Part shown: positions 10,501-17,580 of the stretch, piece by piece | How positions within the stretch are numbered: the first letter of the stretch is position 1 | Layout of the letters: every line of letters starts with the position of its first letter | Source of the DNA: Polyangiales bacterium | Lineage (GTDB): Bacteria > Myxococcota_A > Polyangia > Polyangiales > Houyiibacteriaceae | Direction: 5' to 3' | Length of the DNA stretch: 64,000 bases | Assembly (NCBI GenBank): GCA_045106895.1 | Contig: JBGCFM010000172.1 | Span: 7,653-71,652 of the forward strand | The notes under the pieces: generated by a model | Databases searched by the model: none | What the model saw: only the letters and a program-made list of their open reading frames with translations | What the model was told of the DNA's origin: nothing | Made by a program: the position numbers and the translations under genes

Positions 10501-12832
10501 AGGGCACTTTGGCGACAAGCGTGGAGCTTTTGCTGCATATCAAGAAGTACTGGAGCGAGACCCAGGAGATGGGCGCGCGACAGAAGCACTTGAACGCCTC
10601 GGCACCGAGCCGGAGCTTGCCCTCGATGTCATCGACGTTCTGGAAGGGGCCTACCGAGACACAGGCGCCTTGGAACGCGTCGCAGGTCTCTACACACTGC
10701 GCGTGAACCTGGCGGACACGGACGGCGAACGTGTTCGCATTCTGCAGGAGGCTGCGCAGCTTTGGGAGGGCGAGCTTGGCCGCCCTGAAGACGCGTTTGC
10801 GTCGCTTCGAAAAGCTGCAGAACTCGACCCGCTCGACGACTCGATGCTCGATGAACTCGAGCGTTTGGCCCACGCTTGCGGAAAGCCGGAGCTATTGCGC
10901 GGCTTCGCAGAGAGCGTGGTTGAAGCGGGGTCCGCATCGGGCCGAGCGCTTCGCGATGTTCATGTTCGTGCCGCTCGTTGGTACACAGATGGACTTGGTG
11001 ACCAGGCAGCGGCGGAGACGCAGCTTCGGGCAGCCTTGGCCATTGATGACGAAGCCACGGACGTACACGGTCGCTTGGTCGATCTGCTTCGCGGGCCAGG
11101 GCGAGAAGCTGAGTTGGTCACGTCCCTGAAGGCGTGGGCTGCGGCAGACAGTGACGACTTCAACAAGGTCGAGCGTTTGCTGGAGGCGGCGCGCCTCAGT
11201 GAGTCGGCCGTGGGCGACAGGGATGCCGCGGCGGAATGCTACGACAGCGTCTTGGCTCTTGAGCCTGGACACGAGGCAGCGTTGCGCGCGCTCACGCAGA
11301 TTCGTGAGGACGAAGAGAAGTGGGACGAGGTCGCCAGTTTGCTGACCCGTCGCATCGACCTCGAAATGGACCCGACGAGCCGCGTAGATTTGCGCCGGCG
11401 CGTGGCGACACTCTTGGCCGGTCCTCTGGCGAATCCTGCAGAAGCCACGCGCGCTTGGGAAGGCGTCCTCGACGAAGAGCCCGCCGACATGCAGGCAATC
11501 GGCGAGCTTGAAGCGCTCTACGAAGCGGCGGAACGCTGGGAAGAGCTGCGTGAGCTCCTCGACCGGCGGTTGGACGCTGCCACGACGGACTCTGAACGAG
11601 TCTCGGCGCGCGTTCGCCTTGCACGCCTCGCAGAAAAGGCCTTTGGCCGACGCGACGATGCATTGGACCAGCTCCGTGGGGTTCTCGAGATCGATCCGCA
11701 GAACGGTGAAGCCCTCGACGAACTTGAGCGCCTTCTCACCTTGGAAGAAGACTGGGAAGAGTTGGTTTCGTTGCTCGAGCGACGGGCGGGGAACGCCAAT
11801 GGCGCGGGCGATTGGCCGGCCGAACGAGATGCTCTTGCACGGATCGCGAGCCTTCATGAGGAGCACCGCAACGACGCGCACTCCGCTCTGGAGATTCACG
11901 GGATGATCCTGACATCGGAGCCGGGGCATGTCCCTTCGCTCCAGCGAGTGGTCGCCATTCACGAAGCAGCCGGCCACACTGAATCGGCTGCGGATGCGCT
12001 TGAGAGGCTTGCGCCTCATCTTGAGGCCGCACCCGCCGCCGCCGCGTACCAGCGACTGGCGACGATTGCAGAAGACCAGCTGAGTGACGCGCCTCGGGCG
12101 CTGGCGGCGTTGCGGCGTGCGTACGAGCTACAGCCGACGGCAACGACGCGGGAGCTGCTGCGAACTCATCACGAGCACCATGAAAACTGGACGGAGTACG
12201 CCATGCTCCTCGATGCGGAGACCGCGGAGGTTGAAGAACCTGAGGCGCAAGCCGCTCTTCTGAAGCGCATCGCCGACGTCTATGTGACCAAGCTTGAAGA
12301 CCCCGGTAGCGCGGCGACATACCTCGAGCGTGCCAGCCGTCTTGCGCCGGATGACCGTGAGATCCTGCTTCCTCTCTGCGACCTCTACATCGCCGCCGGG
12401 AGACAATCCGATGCGGTGCCGGTCCTTCGTCAGATCATCGAGAGCTTCGGCGGACGCCGAAGCAAAGAGCTGGCGCAATACCATCACCGACTGGGCAAAG
12501 CGGTTCAAGGGATGGGCGACGCCCAAGGAGCCATGGAGCACTTCGACGCGGCCTTCCGCATCGACCTCACCAACGTCGCTATTCTCCGAGACCTCGGTAA
12601 GCTCGCCCTGGACATGGGTGACCTGGCGAGAGCTCAGAAGACGTTCCGCGCGCTTCTCCTGCAGAAGCTCAAGCCGGACGTCGGCATCACAAAGGCCGAC
12701 GTGTATTTCTACCTCGGCAGCATCGCGAACCAAGAAGGAGATGCCCGCAAGGCCGTCTCGATGCTTGAGCGCGCCATGAGTGAGGATTCCGAGCACGAGG
12801 CGGCAAAGGCGCTGCTCAGTACGCTCAAGTGA
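1559..12832 (+). CDS. giant (3,757 aa) acidic tetratricopeptide-repeat solenoid protein
   Basis: One uninterrupted 11.3-kb ORF. By eye it holds roughly 45-47 copies of an ~80-aa unit with the recurring signature 'A..Y..VL..(D/E)P.....AL..L..LY.....W..L'. D/E-rich, with no signal peptide or TM segment seen. Alternative start ATG 1607 (MASLTV) has GGAG upstream. Confidence 0.9.
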   Translation: MRHAQNHARLNGAPHSMASLTVSNYLGMLQEDPDDDESFEGLAEALSSGDAERMGESPLRLMEAARARHERHGELRAVARLIALEATITEDDPKFRATLLKEVGRLRREELLDDAGAAEAYRQALVAVPGDEDAEVALEEIEQAASKWREIADRFIEEADDASDSELKASMLAKAATLIWQYQKKGKVSEVDRLFKQALKADPASTRAARLFAQALRSRNKWKDMANVLRKTANAARVREEKLNLFLAAARTYARKVEDNDKAAACYERVLDFTPGHEEALHYLVEFFTEREDWDRLVSLYEDALRSRQKLESEQGILLQIGMVHWRIREAPADAEPYFARLRKIDPAHEGMLTFYRDYLGELTKGDGEEAEEARTRLVTVLGDAQRVVKGDDAKLAISIEHARIAQETGATERAIDAWKAVQRLDGANEEAGEALRSLYRRGEKWNALVEVMRAELDALPVNSDDENTKVRRIELLRELVEIYRDRLKLDVMVTGTLATLLEEDPHDHEALDQLASTYESMGRWNDLIPVLVRQSEATDDPVQKVERLMRTARLWIDRFANYNQATAPLEQVIEIEPENRDALSELKTIYTKKRAWQSLFTVLEKESLLASDPSARLTMKVELATLAGDRLHHHADAIRLWREVVAEDPATEGALESLLKLTEREKDWAAHADALEHAQGLEEDEKKRIKLLQRLGVTCGEHLKDPARASAAWQRVLELDPKNGKATRTLRESFVEGRDWEGLEGLYAETEDWDGLVDVLGNAAERTEDEQLKVELSFRAAAVYEDRIGNPERAFRTYERVLSVEPKNKRAAEKLIPIYETQEKWPRLLALHEVLLDTIEEEDVEARLGALDSLRSLAATKTRDEHAAFRFASEAYRLAPERDEVRKNVEAAAESAGSHARLAELYEARIGSEDIEEDEKKALRRRLASLSGTELGKRDEAILQLERILESDPRDGEAIEALDDLYRQESRTDDLRRLFLHRLEHAEDDGTRYTVLSELAPLEEDVLGDAESAAERYRAILAIEPSDDSALRSLDRLATAAENWNEVATTLERRSEISSGDEERELTLRLADLRRQKLDDAQGALDAYSTVLGSDENNAQAIAGVESLAENEEVRAEAGRLLEYAYESSGEHEKLMGVLRTRLSATEEPGERRSLRLRLAELAGALGDVEGAFTALEDAFLATPNDIELWERLSDTAEASGNHERLATAFSTAIEHGDLSDAEVTDLSVRVAEIYDVILGRPADAEVHHQRVLIDQPNHERAFLALKEFYTERERWDELQALYRSRIVETVDAELRLELLLQVCFLFEEILDDAEQAIRSYQEVLELEPGHVPSRRSLDRLYRRTERYRDLSALLRQEHDRADEEPQRIAILFEIGEIHELKLGEPGTAVDEYERVLELSPTHIKAQNALERLLSSEEQRLRIALLLEPLYESQGAWSELATVLRVQLEDVNDAGGRLALLMRIAELTETKLHDPQKAFETLADAVLSDPADTHARNEFARLCSVVDGGPRRAEVLEKAAAGAEGTGYVQAEIYLELGATYDEIPNDEKAQHTYERLIELDGQNPDSVLPAARALERIHLAANNTEKLADAYRQQIRFGLDEDQRGQLLEKLGALLEQNGDLDGAVNAYRQRLDFDPGDLEALSALERLYTNQEDWPKLIETLRSRDTSVDDEVEQRELSVRIGAVYQERLNDPENAIAAYNDALLRFGQDEHVLSSLAALYGGQESWQDLLEVREQQFEAAADAEQGAGLQFEMAELMRLRTGEEERSIELYSQVLRVLPGHEGTVEALDQLVQHDERHVGIEAARALVPHYEVAGNHGKLIGVLQVVADGDDPEERLRSLRRAAEVADVGHDNPAQAFELMSRAVRAGTAEEGFESMLSDVERFAVAAEKHEEHVQLLEEVAPEILDADLQTSVYMRAASVARERLNDSARARTFYQSVLENRPDDVRALDALLELQASDGDHAALRVTLRRKIELEEDVAQRIVLLERLAKLLEDELEDVPAAIDALEELLLEDDQRVATYEAQEALLTKAERWDDLAQLYERWLDVGVGNPVELRHKLGSVAAKHLDDPYRAIDQWREALAMDGNHEPSISAVEQLMITDEFRGAAAELLEPVFLARMEWPRVVSALEARLTVTDDMEGRKEIHRRLGQIHEDYLEDLEGALERYAALFREEPRDQDAWDTLGRLGRVLEMWERLADIYRGPIDEFGVGDDDFARLAKTAARLYDERVGNLEQTASLYEKVLDFDETDREAFDALRSAYTRAERTEDLLKLLRRRVDVADSDDERLELLHNIAELHQAAGNTSAAIDVHQEAVQHMPSDARSVEALDTLLTESERFVDLADHLRFRVDAAEGTARSDLELRLGRLTNDKLEDVRGAVDVYEETILRDPGHVGTITALEELVVNEEHQGRITELLEPIYRNADEWKKLVAILEARAMHAHRSDQVPLFAEIGKMHEERGNDSALAFHAWSRAFAADAADETVRGEVDRLANALGAWDEHVASYEVAIRECDDPDIQSQLLMTVAQTHDARRGDPRAAIETYERLAAHDEADLAALDALEGLHTMVGDWRGLVDVLTRKVARRFDPIERAELLRRSASVLEELLGDPGAAIKEYEKALEEDPEDVIALESLDRLLGAASRSDELAVILRRRSEIETDEEVRVEVGLRLGQLTETQLNQPNDAIDAFTRVLELSPTQPIAIESLGRLYERQAMWPELLDNLQVRASTAQASDVRLSHVHRAGEVYERELDDVHEAIMQYQQALELDARHEPSLAALIRISRLEDYRHQASEILEPLLHVQERWDDLAELYRTRAEGASDSFDRKADYIRLAEVEENGRRDLVASFSATAAAFGEDPNDEETASRLERLAGETGAYDKLVEEFGTRAASVMDPEVARNLYWRVARIAENQLSDDERAIGAYQHALEQAGDDREALEALDRLFVKGERWSSLGEVVERRITLCDDPTARADLLIRLGELREGHFGDKRGAFAAYQEVLERDPGDGRATEALERLGTEPELALDVIDVLEGAYRDTGALERVAGLYTLRVNLADTDGERVRILQEAAQLWEGELGRPEDAFASLRKAAELDPLDDSMLDELERLAHACGKPELLRGFAESVVEAGSASGRALRDVHVRAARWYTDGLGDQAAAETQLRAALAIDDEATDVHGRLVDLLRGPGREAELVTSLKAWAAADSDDFNKVERLLEAARLSESAVGDRDAAAECYDSVLALEPGHEAALRALTQIREDEEKWDEVASLLTRRIDLEMDPTSRVDLRRRVATLLAGPLANPAEATRAWEGVLDEEPADMQAIGELEALYEAAERWEELRELLDRRLDAATTDSERVSARVRLARLAEKAFGRRDDALDQLRGVLEIDPQNGEALDELERLLTLEEDWEELVSLLERRAGNANGAGDWPAERDALARIASLHEEHRNDAHSALEIHGMILTSEPGHVPSLQRVVAIHEAAGHTESAADALERLAPHLEAAPAAAAYQRLATIAEDQLSDAPRALAALRRAYELQPTATTRELLRTHHEHHENWTEYAMLLDAETAEVEEPEAQAALLKRIADVYVTKLEDPGSAATYLERASRLAPDDREILLPLCDLYIAAGRQSDAVPVLRQIIESFGGRRSKELAQYHHRLGKAVQGMGDAQGAMEHFDAAFRIDLTNVAILRDLGKLALDMGDLARAQKTFRALLLQKLKPDVGITKADVYFYLGSIANQEGDARKAVSMLERAMSEDSEHEAAKALLSTLK

Positions 12833-13842
12833 CTCCCGTCGTTGTGCTGAACGGCGAGCTTCGGCTCGCTGATGATGCGCTTGTTCCACTAAACGGCGTC
12901 TTGGCCTCTTTTGGCGAAGGCGCCCTTGAGGTCTTTCGGACGACTGCGCATGGACCTTTCCTCGCATCACGCCACCTCGCTCGGCTGCGAAGAACGTGTG
13001 AGCGTTTAGGCATTCCCGCCGAAGACGCCGAGCAAGACCTCATTCACGACCTCAATGTGCTTTCCGGAGCAGGGAAGGGGCCATGGCGCGTGCGGCTGAT
13101 TCGAAGTCGCTTTGATTCGGGAGCCATGCGCGCCCTTATCGCGGAGACGTTTACACCGAGTGAGCTTCTATCCACAGGCGCACGCCTGACGCTCCGCGAG
13201 GGAATCGTGACTCCCCTCGCGATAAAGACCACGAGCTACGTGGCAAGCCGAGTTCTCCGGCGCGAGGCGCTAGCAGCAGGCTTTGATGAGTGCCTTCTAC
13301 ACCTCGGCGGAGAACTCATGGAGGGGGCGTCGTCCAACATCGTTCTCGTCATTCAAGACGTATTGGTGTCCCCGACCTCCCCTTGGATTCTTGATGGTGT
13401 GACGCTTCAGCACGTGCTCCAGTCAGCGATGGACCTTGGTTTGGAGACCGAACATCGTCCCGTGGCTCTGACTGAGCTCGCCGGCGCCGACGAGGTGTTC
13501 ATGACCAGCGCGATTCGAGGACCGATCCCCGTAAGGGAAGTGGACGGGCAGAAGTACCGTATCGGCCGGGTTTTCGATGCTGTTCGGCAGCGCTACGAGG
13601 CCGATCTGCAAAGTGACTGGGGAGAGCTTCAGGAGGAGACGGTGGCCGGGGCCCGCGACCTTATCGAAAATCGCCTGGCGAAAATGGGCGAGGTGAAGGG
13701 TGGCGATCTACTCCTCGAGGGAGAGTCGTTCTTGCTTCGTTGGTCCGGGGAGGCCCTAAATATACGTCTCGCGACGCCCTACGCTGGCGGCGGCGGGCGG
13801 TTACGCGCGCTGGCGAAGGCGCTCCAGGACGCTCATCACTAG
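12829..13842 (+). CDS. aminotransferase class IV / aminodeoxychorismate-lyase-like (PLP fold type IV) protein with C-terminal extension
   Basis: GTG start overlaps the TGA of the giant gene (GTGA). Family-like motifs 'FGEGALEVFRT', 'EGASSNIVLV', 'EVFMTSAIRGPIPV'. About 65 extra C-terminal residues are unassigned. Confidence 0.7.
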   Translation: MTPVVVLNGELRLADDALVPLNGVLASFGEGALEVFRTTAHGPFLASRHLARLRRTCERLGIPAEDAEQDLIHDLNVLSGAGKGPWRVRLIRSRFDSGAMRALIAETFTPSELLSTGARLTLREGIVTPLAIKTTSYVASRVLRREALAAGFDECLLHLGGELMEGASSNIVLVIQDVLVSPTSPWILDGVTLQHVLQSAMDLGLETEHRPVALTELAGADEVFMTSAIRGPIPVREVDGQKYRIGRVFDAVRQRYEADLQSDWGELQEETVAGARDLIENRLAKMGEVKGGDLLLEGESFLLRWSGEALNIRLATPYAGGGGRLRALAKALQDAHH

Positions 13843-13886
13843 CTGGCGCTTGCGGCACAGGAACGACCTGCTACACCGCCGGTCCA

Positions 13887-14027
13887 ATGTCACTCACAAG
13901 CAAGACAGAGACTCGACGCAAGCGTCGTCACAAGAACTTCGGCAAAAAGCGGAAGAAGCTTCTCGCGAAGGAAGGCACCACGCCTAAATTCCCGATCCAC
14001 CCGGACGGCAAGAAGAGCTCCGACTGA
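13887..14027 (+). CDS. possible small (46 aa) highly basic protein
   Basis: ATG-initiated ORF 'MSLTSKTETRRKRRHKNFGKKRKKLLAKEG...' with GC-rich third positions, followed by a clean intrinsic terminator. No convincing Shine-Dalgarno sequence. Confidence 0.35.
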   Translation: MSLTSKTETRRKRRHKNFGKKRKKLLAKEGTTPKFPIHPDGKKSSD

Positions 14028-14072
14028 TCTTCTCGGGGGCGACAACCCCTGGGAAAACACAGAGTCTTGAGA

Positions 14073-14100
14073 GGTACAACCGTAAGGTTGTGCCTTTTTT
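14073..14100 (+). terminator. Rho-independent terminator
   Basis: GGTACAACC-GTAA-GGTTGTGCC hairpin (9 bp, one G:U pair) followed directly by TTTTTT. Confidence 0.6.
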
Positions 14101-14157
14101 GCGTGTTTTCGATAGCAAATACGTGCGTGAGACCAGTGGCGAACCCATGTTGAGGCA

Positions 14158-15267
14158 ATGAGTTCAGACCACACCCCACAGACGTCCAGTTCGAAACGCG
14201 ATGACGCTATCCAGGTCGCTCCATCGGACGATGGCTGGAACCAGCTCATGAAGGTGTTGGACAAGGTCCCCTTCGTGGCGGGCGTCAAACGTGACGTTGG
14301 CTCCCTGCGGCGGCTGGTGGTGGGTCGACGCGCGCCCCGAATCGCGATCATGGGGTTCGCCGGAAGTGGGCGCTCCCGGCTCGTGAACGGGCTCATCGGT
14401 ACGCCCGTGCTTCGGGAGAGCGACCGCAGCCACCGGGGCTCTTGGGTCTTCGTGAACGCAGACGGCCGAAGCATGGAGTGGCTGGAGCTGGAACCCTCGG
14501 TCCCGGCTGCTGCGTGGCCTCAGAGTCAGACCCCGGATGTGATCATCCTCGTAGCGACCCCCGACGAAGTCGCGGCAGGTCTTGGCGACCACCTTGAGGC
14601 CTTGGTCTCCGCTGCGGGGAGCGCGTTCAAGACAGACCCGAAGTTCGTGGCAGTGCTCACAAAGAGTGACTCCCTCGACGACGAGGGACCCAGCGTGGAA
14701 ATGGTCCGACAACGCTACGCTCGACAGATTCTCGATGCAGGCTTGGGCGAGGCGAAGGTCTACGCCATCTCGGTCCCCTCGGCGAACGAGCAAAGGAACG
14801 GGGCAGCGCCCGTCGGAACCGAAGCGTTGGCTGAGGCCGTCGCGAAGCTCGTTCCAGACGAAGCGCTGGTCGAGACGGCGCGGGCCTTCGTTGCACCTCA
14901 AGCGCAGAGTCGCGTGGCGGACAACATTATCCAGTCGAGCTCCACGCTTGCGCTCACCGTAGCTCTCGCGCCTGTTCCGCTCTCGGACATCGCTCTCATC
15001 GCACCCCTTCAAGGGCTGATGGTGTCGACCATCGCACACCTTGGCGGACGCAGCCTCGATGGAGGCGGCGCCTCGGAGTGGATTGCGAGCATTGGCGTAG
15101 CGGGCGGAATCGGAGTTGGCTTTCGCACATTGGCACGCCAAGTGGTGAAGGTGGTCCCAGGAGCCGGCAGCCTTGTCGCGGCAGGCATCGCCGGAGCAGG
15201 GACCCTGGCGATGGGTCGTAGTGCGAAGCGCTATTTCCTAGGCCCGGCGACGCCTAACGAGAGTTGA
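14158..15267 (+). CDS. GTPase-like domain fused to a DUF697-type membrane-associated C-terminal domain
   Basis: P-loop-like 'IMGFAGSGRSRLVNGLIG' (Arg where the Walker A Lys is expected) and 'LTKSD' (NKxD-like). C-terminal 'ALTVALAPVPLSDIALIAPLQGLMVSTIAHLGG' plus Gly-rich hydrophobic helices typical of DUF697/YcjF-like proteins. Confidence 0.65.
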   Translation: MSSDHTPQTSSSKRDDAIQVAPSDDGWNQLMKVLDKVPFVAGVKRDVGSLRRLVVGRRAPRIAIMGFAGSGRSRLVNGLIGTPVLRESDRSHRGSWVFVNADGRSMEWLELEPSVPAAAWPQSQTPDVIILVATPDEVAAGLGDHLEALVSAAGSAFKTDPKFVAVLTKSDSLDDEGPSVEMVRQRYARQILDAGLGEAKVYAISVPSANEQRNGAAPVGTEALAEAVAKLVPDEALVETARAFVAPQAQSRVADNIIQSSSTLALTVALAPVPLSDIALIAPLQGLMVSTIAHLGGRSLDGGGASEWIASIGVAGGIGVGFRTLARQVVKVVPGAGSLVAAGIAGAGTLAMGRSAKRYFLGPATPNES

Positions 15268-15283
15268 GCCCCGTCCGCCAGCC

Positions 15284-16843
15284 TTGTACGGTCTCGGCGT
15301 GACGTTTGACCCGCCCCAGTTCCCGGAACGCTTCAACCTGGCCTCCTACTTCCTCGATGAACGAGTAAGCGAGGGACGCGGTGACCGACGAGCCCTCGTC
15401 GTTGGCGAGAAGTCGTTCTCCTACGCAGAGGTTCAGCGCCGGGCGAATCGTGCCTGTGACGTGCTCCGGACAGCGGGGGTTCGAAAGGAAGAGCGGGTGT
15501 TGATGCTGCTCTTCGATGGGCTCCCTTTCGTGGAGACCTGGTTCGGGATACTGAAAACCGGCGCCGTGTTTTGTATGGCGAATCCTCTCGGCACCACCGA
15601 GGACCTCCGTTACTTGCTGGACTATACGGGCTGCACCGCCGTCGTCGCGGATGCCTCCCTTACCACCAAGCTCGACTCCGTGATGCCTGCCTCGTGTCGA
15701 GCGCGCTTTTGTGTGGGTGGCAGCGCAGCTGGCTGGACGACCTGGGAGACGGCGCTGGAGGCGGCGAGTGACGTGGTCACGAATGCAGACACTTCCCGCG
15801 ATGACATCGCAGGGTGGCTTTTTACAAGTGGGACCACGGGCAAGCCGAAGGGCGCGGTTCACTTCCACCGTCACTTTGCCTACAGCACCGAGTGCTACGC
15901 AAAGAACGTCCTTGGGCTGAACGAAGACGACGTCTTTGTGAGCGTGTCTCGTCTCTTTTTCGGGTATGGCACGGGGACAAACCTCATGTTCCCGTTTGCT
16001 GTGGGAGGCACGGCGGTTCTCTTCCCTGAGAAGCCAACGCCGGACCGGCTCATCGAACACATCGAGGCGCACAAAGTGAGCGTCCTAACCAACGTTCCTG
16101 CGATGATCCGGCAGATGGTCGACAGCGAACGCGACGCGGACTTGTCGAGCGTTCGCATTTGCCTCAGCGCAGGCGAGGCCCTGCCGGCAGAGCTCTACAA
16201 ACGATGGAAGGCTCGTTTCCCGAGCGCTGAGGTCCTCGACGGGATCGGTTCGGCGGAAATGTTTCACATCTACATCACGAACCGTCTCGGGGATGTTCGC
16301 TTGGGGTCCCTCGGCCGAATCGTTGCCGGGTACGAAGTTGAAATCGTGGACGGTGATGGGCAGGTTGTGCCGGTTGGCGAACGTGGCCGCCTCCGCGTGC
16401 GAGGGGACTCGACGGCGCTCTGCTACTGGGGAGATCAAGACAAGTCGCGAGCGACGTTCCAGGGTGAGTGGTGCACCACCGCCGACGTGTTCTCATGCGA
16501 CGCCAACGGCTACTACTATTACGCCGGCCGGGCGGATGACATGATGAAGGTTCGCGGGCAGTTCGTTAGTCCCCTGGAGATCGAAGACTGTTTGGCCACC
16601 CACGAGGCGATTCGGGAGTGCGCGATTATCGGTACCTTGGACGAAGACGGCCTGACGCTGCCCAAGGCGTTTATTGTGTTGCGTGACGGATTTGAAGCAT
16701 CCGAGACGCTCGAGAAGGAGTTCAAGGCGCACTGCCAGAGCCACCTTACGCGCTACAAATTCCCGCGGGCGTTTTCGTATGCTGACGCGCTTCCGAGAAA
16801 CGACCGCGGCAAAGTGCAACGCCGCGAGCTGGAGGTTCTATGA
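15284..16843 (+). CDS. benzoate/aryl-CoA ligase family AMP-dependent synthetase
   Basis: AMP-binding signature 'FTSGTTGKPKGAVHFH', plus 'GEALP', 'YYYAGRADDMMKVRG' and the C-terminal 'PRNDRGKVQRREL'. Confidence 0.8.
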   Translation: MYGLGVTFDPPQFPERFNLASYFLDERVSEGRGDRRALVVGEKSFSYAEVQRRANRACDVLRTAGVRKEERVLMLLFDGLPFVETWFGILKTGAVFCMANPLGTTEDLRYLLDYTGCTAVVADASLTTKLDSVMPASCRARFCVGGSAAGWTTWETALEAASDVVTNADTSRDDIAGWLFTSGTTGKPKGAVHFHRHFAYSTECYAKNVLGLNEDDVFVSVSRLFFGYGTGTNLMFPFAVGGTAVLFPEKPTPDRLIEHIEAHKVSVLTNVPAMIRQMVDSERDADLSSVRICLSAGEALPAELYKRWKARFPSAEVLDGIGSAEMFHIYITNRLGDVRLGSLGRIVAGYEVEIVDGDGQVVPVGERGRLRVRGDSTALCYWGDQDKSRATFQGEWCTTADVFSCDANGYYYYAGRADDMMKVRGQFVSPLEIEDCLATHEAIRECAIIGTLDEDGLTLPKAFIVLRDGFEASETLEKEFKAHCQSHLTRYKFPRAFSYADALPRNDRGKVQRRELEVL

Positions 16844-17580
16844 GTGTTTTCCTTGAGGAGATGACGTTTGAAGACGCCGTGTCCCATGCCGGCGCTGTCG
16901 CCTTTCTTCCCACGGGCGCGACAGAAGCCCACGGGCCCCACCTGCCGCTCAACACGGATGTCGTGATCTCACGGGAAGGCGCGCTACGCGCAGCCCTTGC
17001 GCTCCGAGAAGAGGGCATCGACGCGGTCGTCTTGCCGCCGCTTGCCTACGCGGTGACGGAGTTCGCGGCAACGTTTGGAGGCACCATATCTCTGCCCTTC
17101 GACACGGCTAAGGCCATGATTCGCGACGTGATCCTCGGTGCCGTTCGCGCCGGTTTTCCTGCTGTGGTGTTGTGCAACGCGCATCTGGAACCGGACAACA
17201 TCCGTGCGCTGAAAACAGCCATGGACGAGGCGAAGGCCAAAGGCGCGAAGGTGGCGTTTCCTGACGTCACACGAAAGCCTCATGCGCTTCGGCTTGGCGA
17301 AGAATTTCGTTCCGGCGCGTGCCACGCGGGTCGCTACGAGTCGAGCTTGGTTCTAGCGAGCCGACCGGAGTTGGTGCGTGAGAAGCGAACAGAACTCGCG
17401 CCGAACCCGTCGTCGCTCTCCGTAGCGATTCGTGACGGGAAGAAGAACTTCGTGGAGGCGGGAGGGCCGGACGCGTACTTTGGGTGGCCTGCTGATGCGA
17501 GCGTCGCTGAAGGCGAAGAGCTCTACGCCACGATGGCGGACATCTTCATGAGCGGAGCCAAAGAGCTCCTCGCGAACTAG
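16840..17580 (+). CDS. creatininase (creatinine amidohydrolase) family protein
   Basis: ATGA overlap with the upstream ligase gene. Family motif 'LPTGATEAHGPHLPLNTD' and 'CNAHLEP'. Confidence 0.8.
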   Translation: MSVFLEEMTFEDAVSHAGAVAFLPTGATEAHGPHLPLNTDVVISREGALRAALALREEGIDAVVLPPLAYAVTEFAATFGGTISLPFDTAKAMIRDVILGAVRAGFPAVVLCNAHLEPDNIRALKTAMDEAKAKGAKVAFPDVTRKPHALRLGEEFRSGACHAGRYESSLVLASRPELVREKRTELAPNPSSLSVAIRDGKKNFVEAGGPDAYFGWPADASVAEGEELYATMADIFMSGAKELLAN

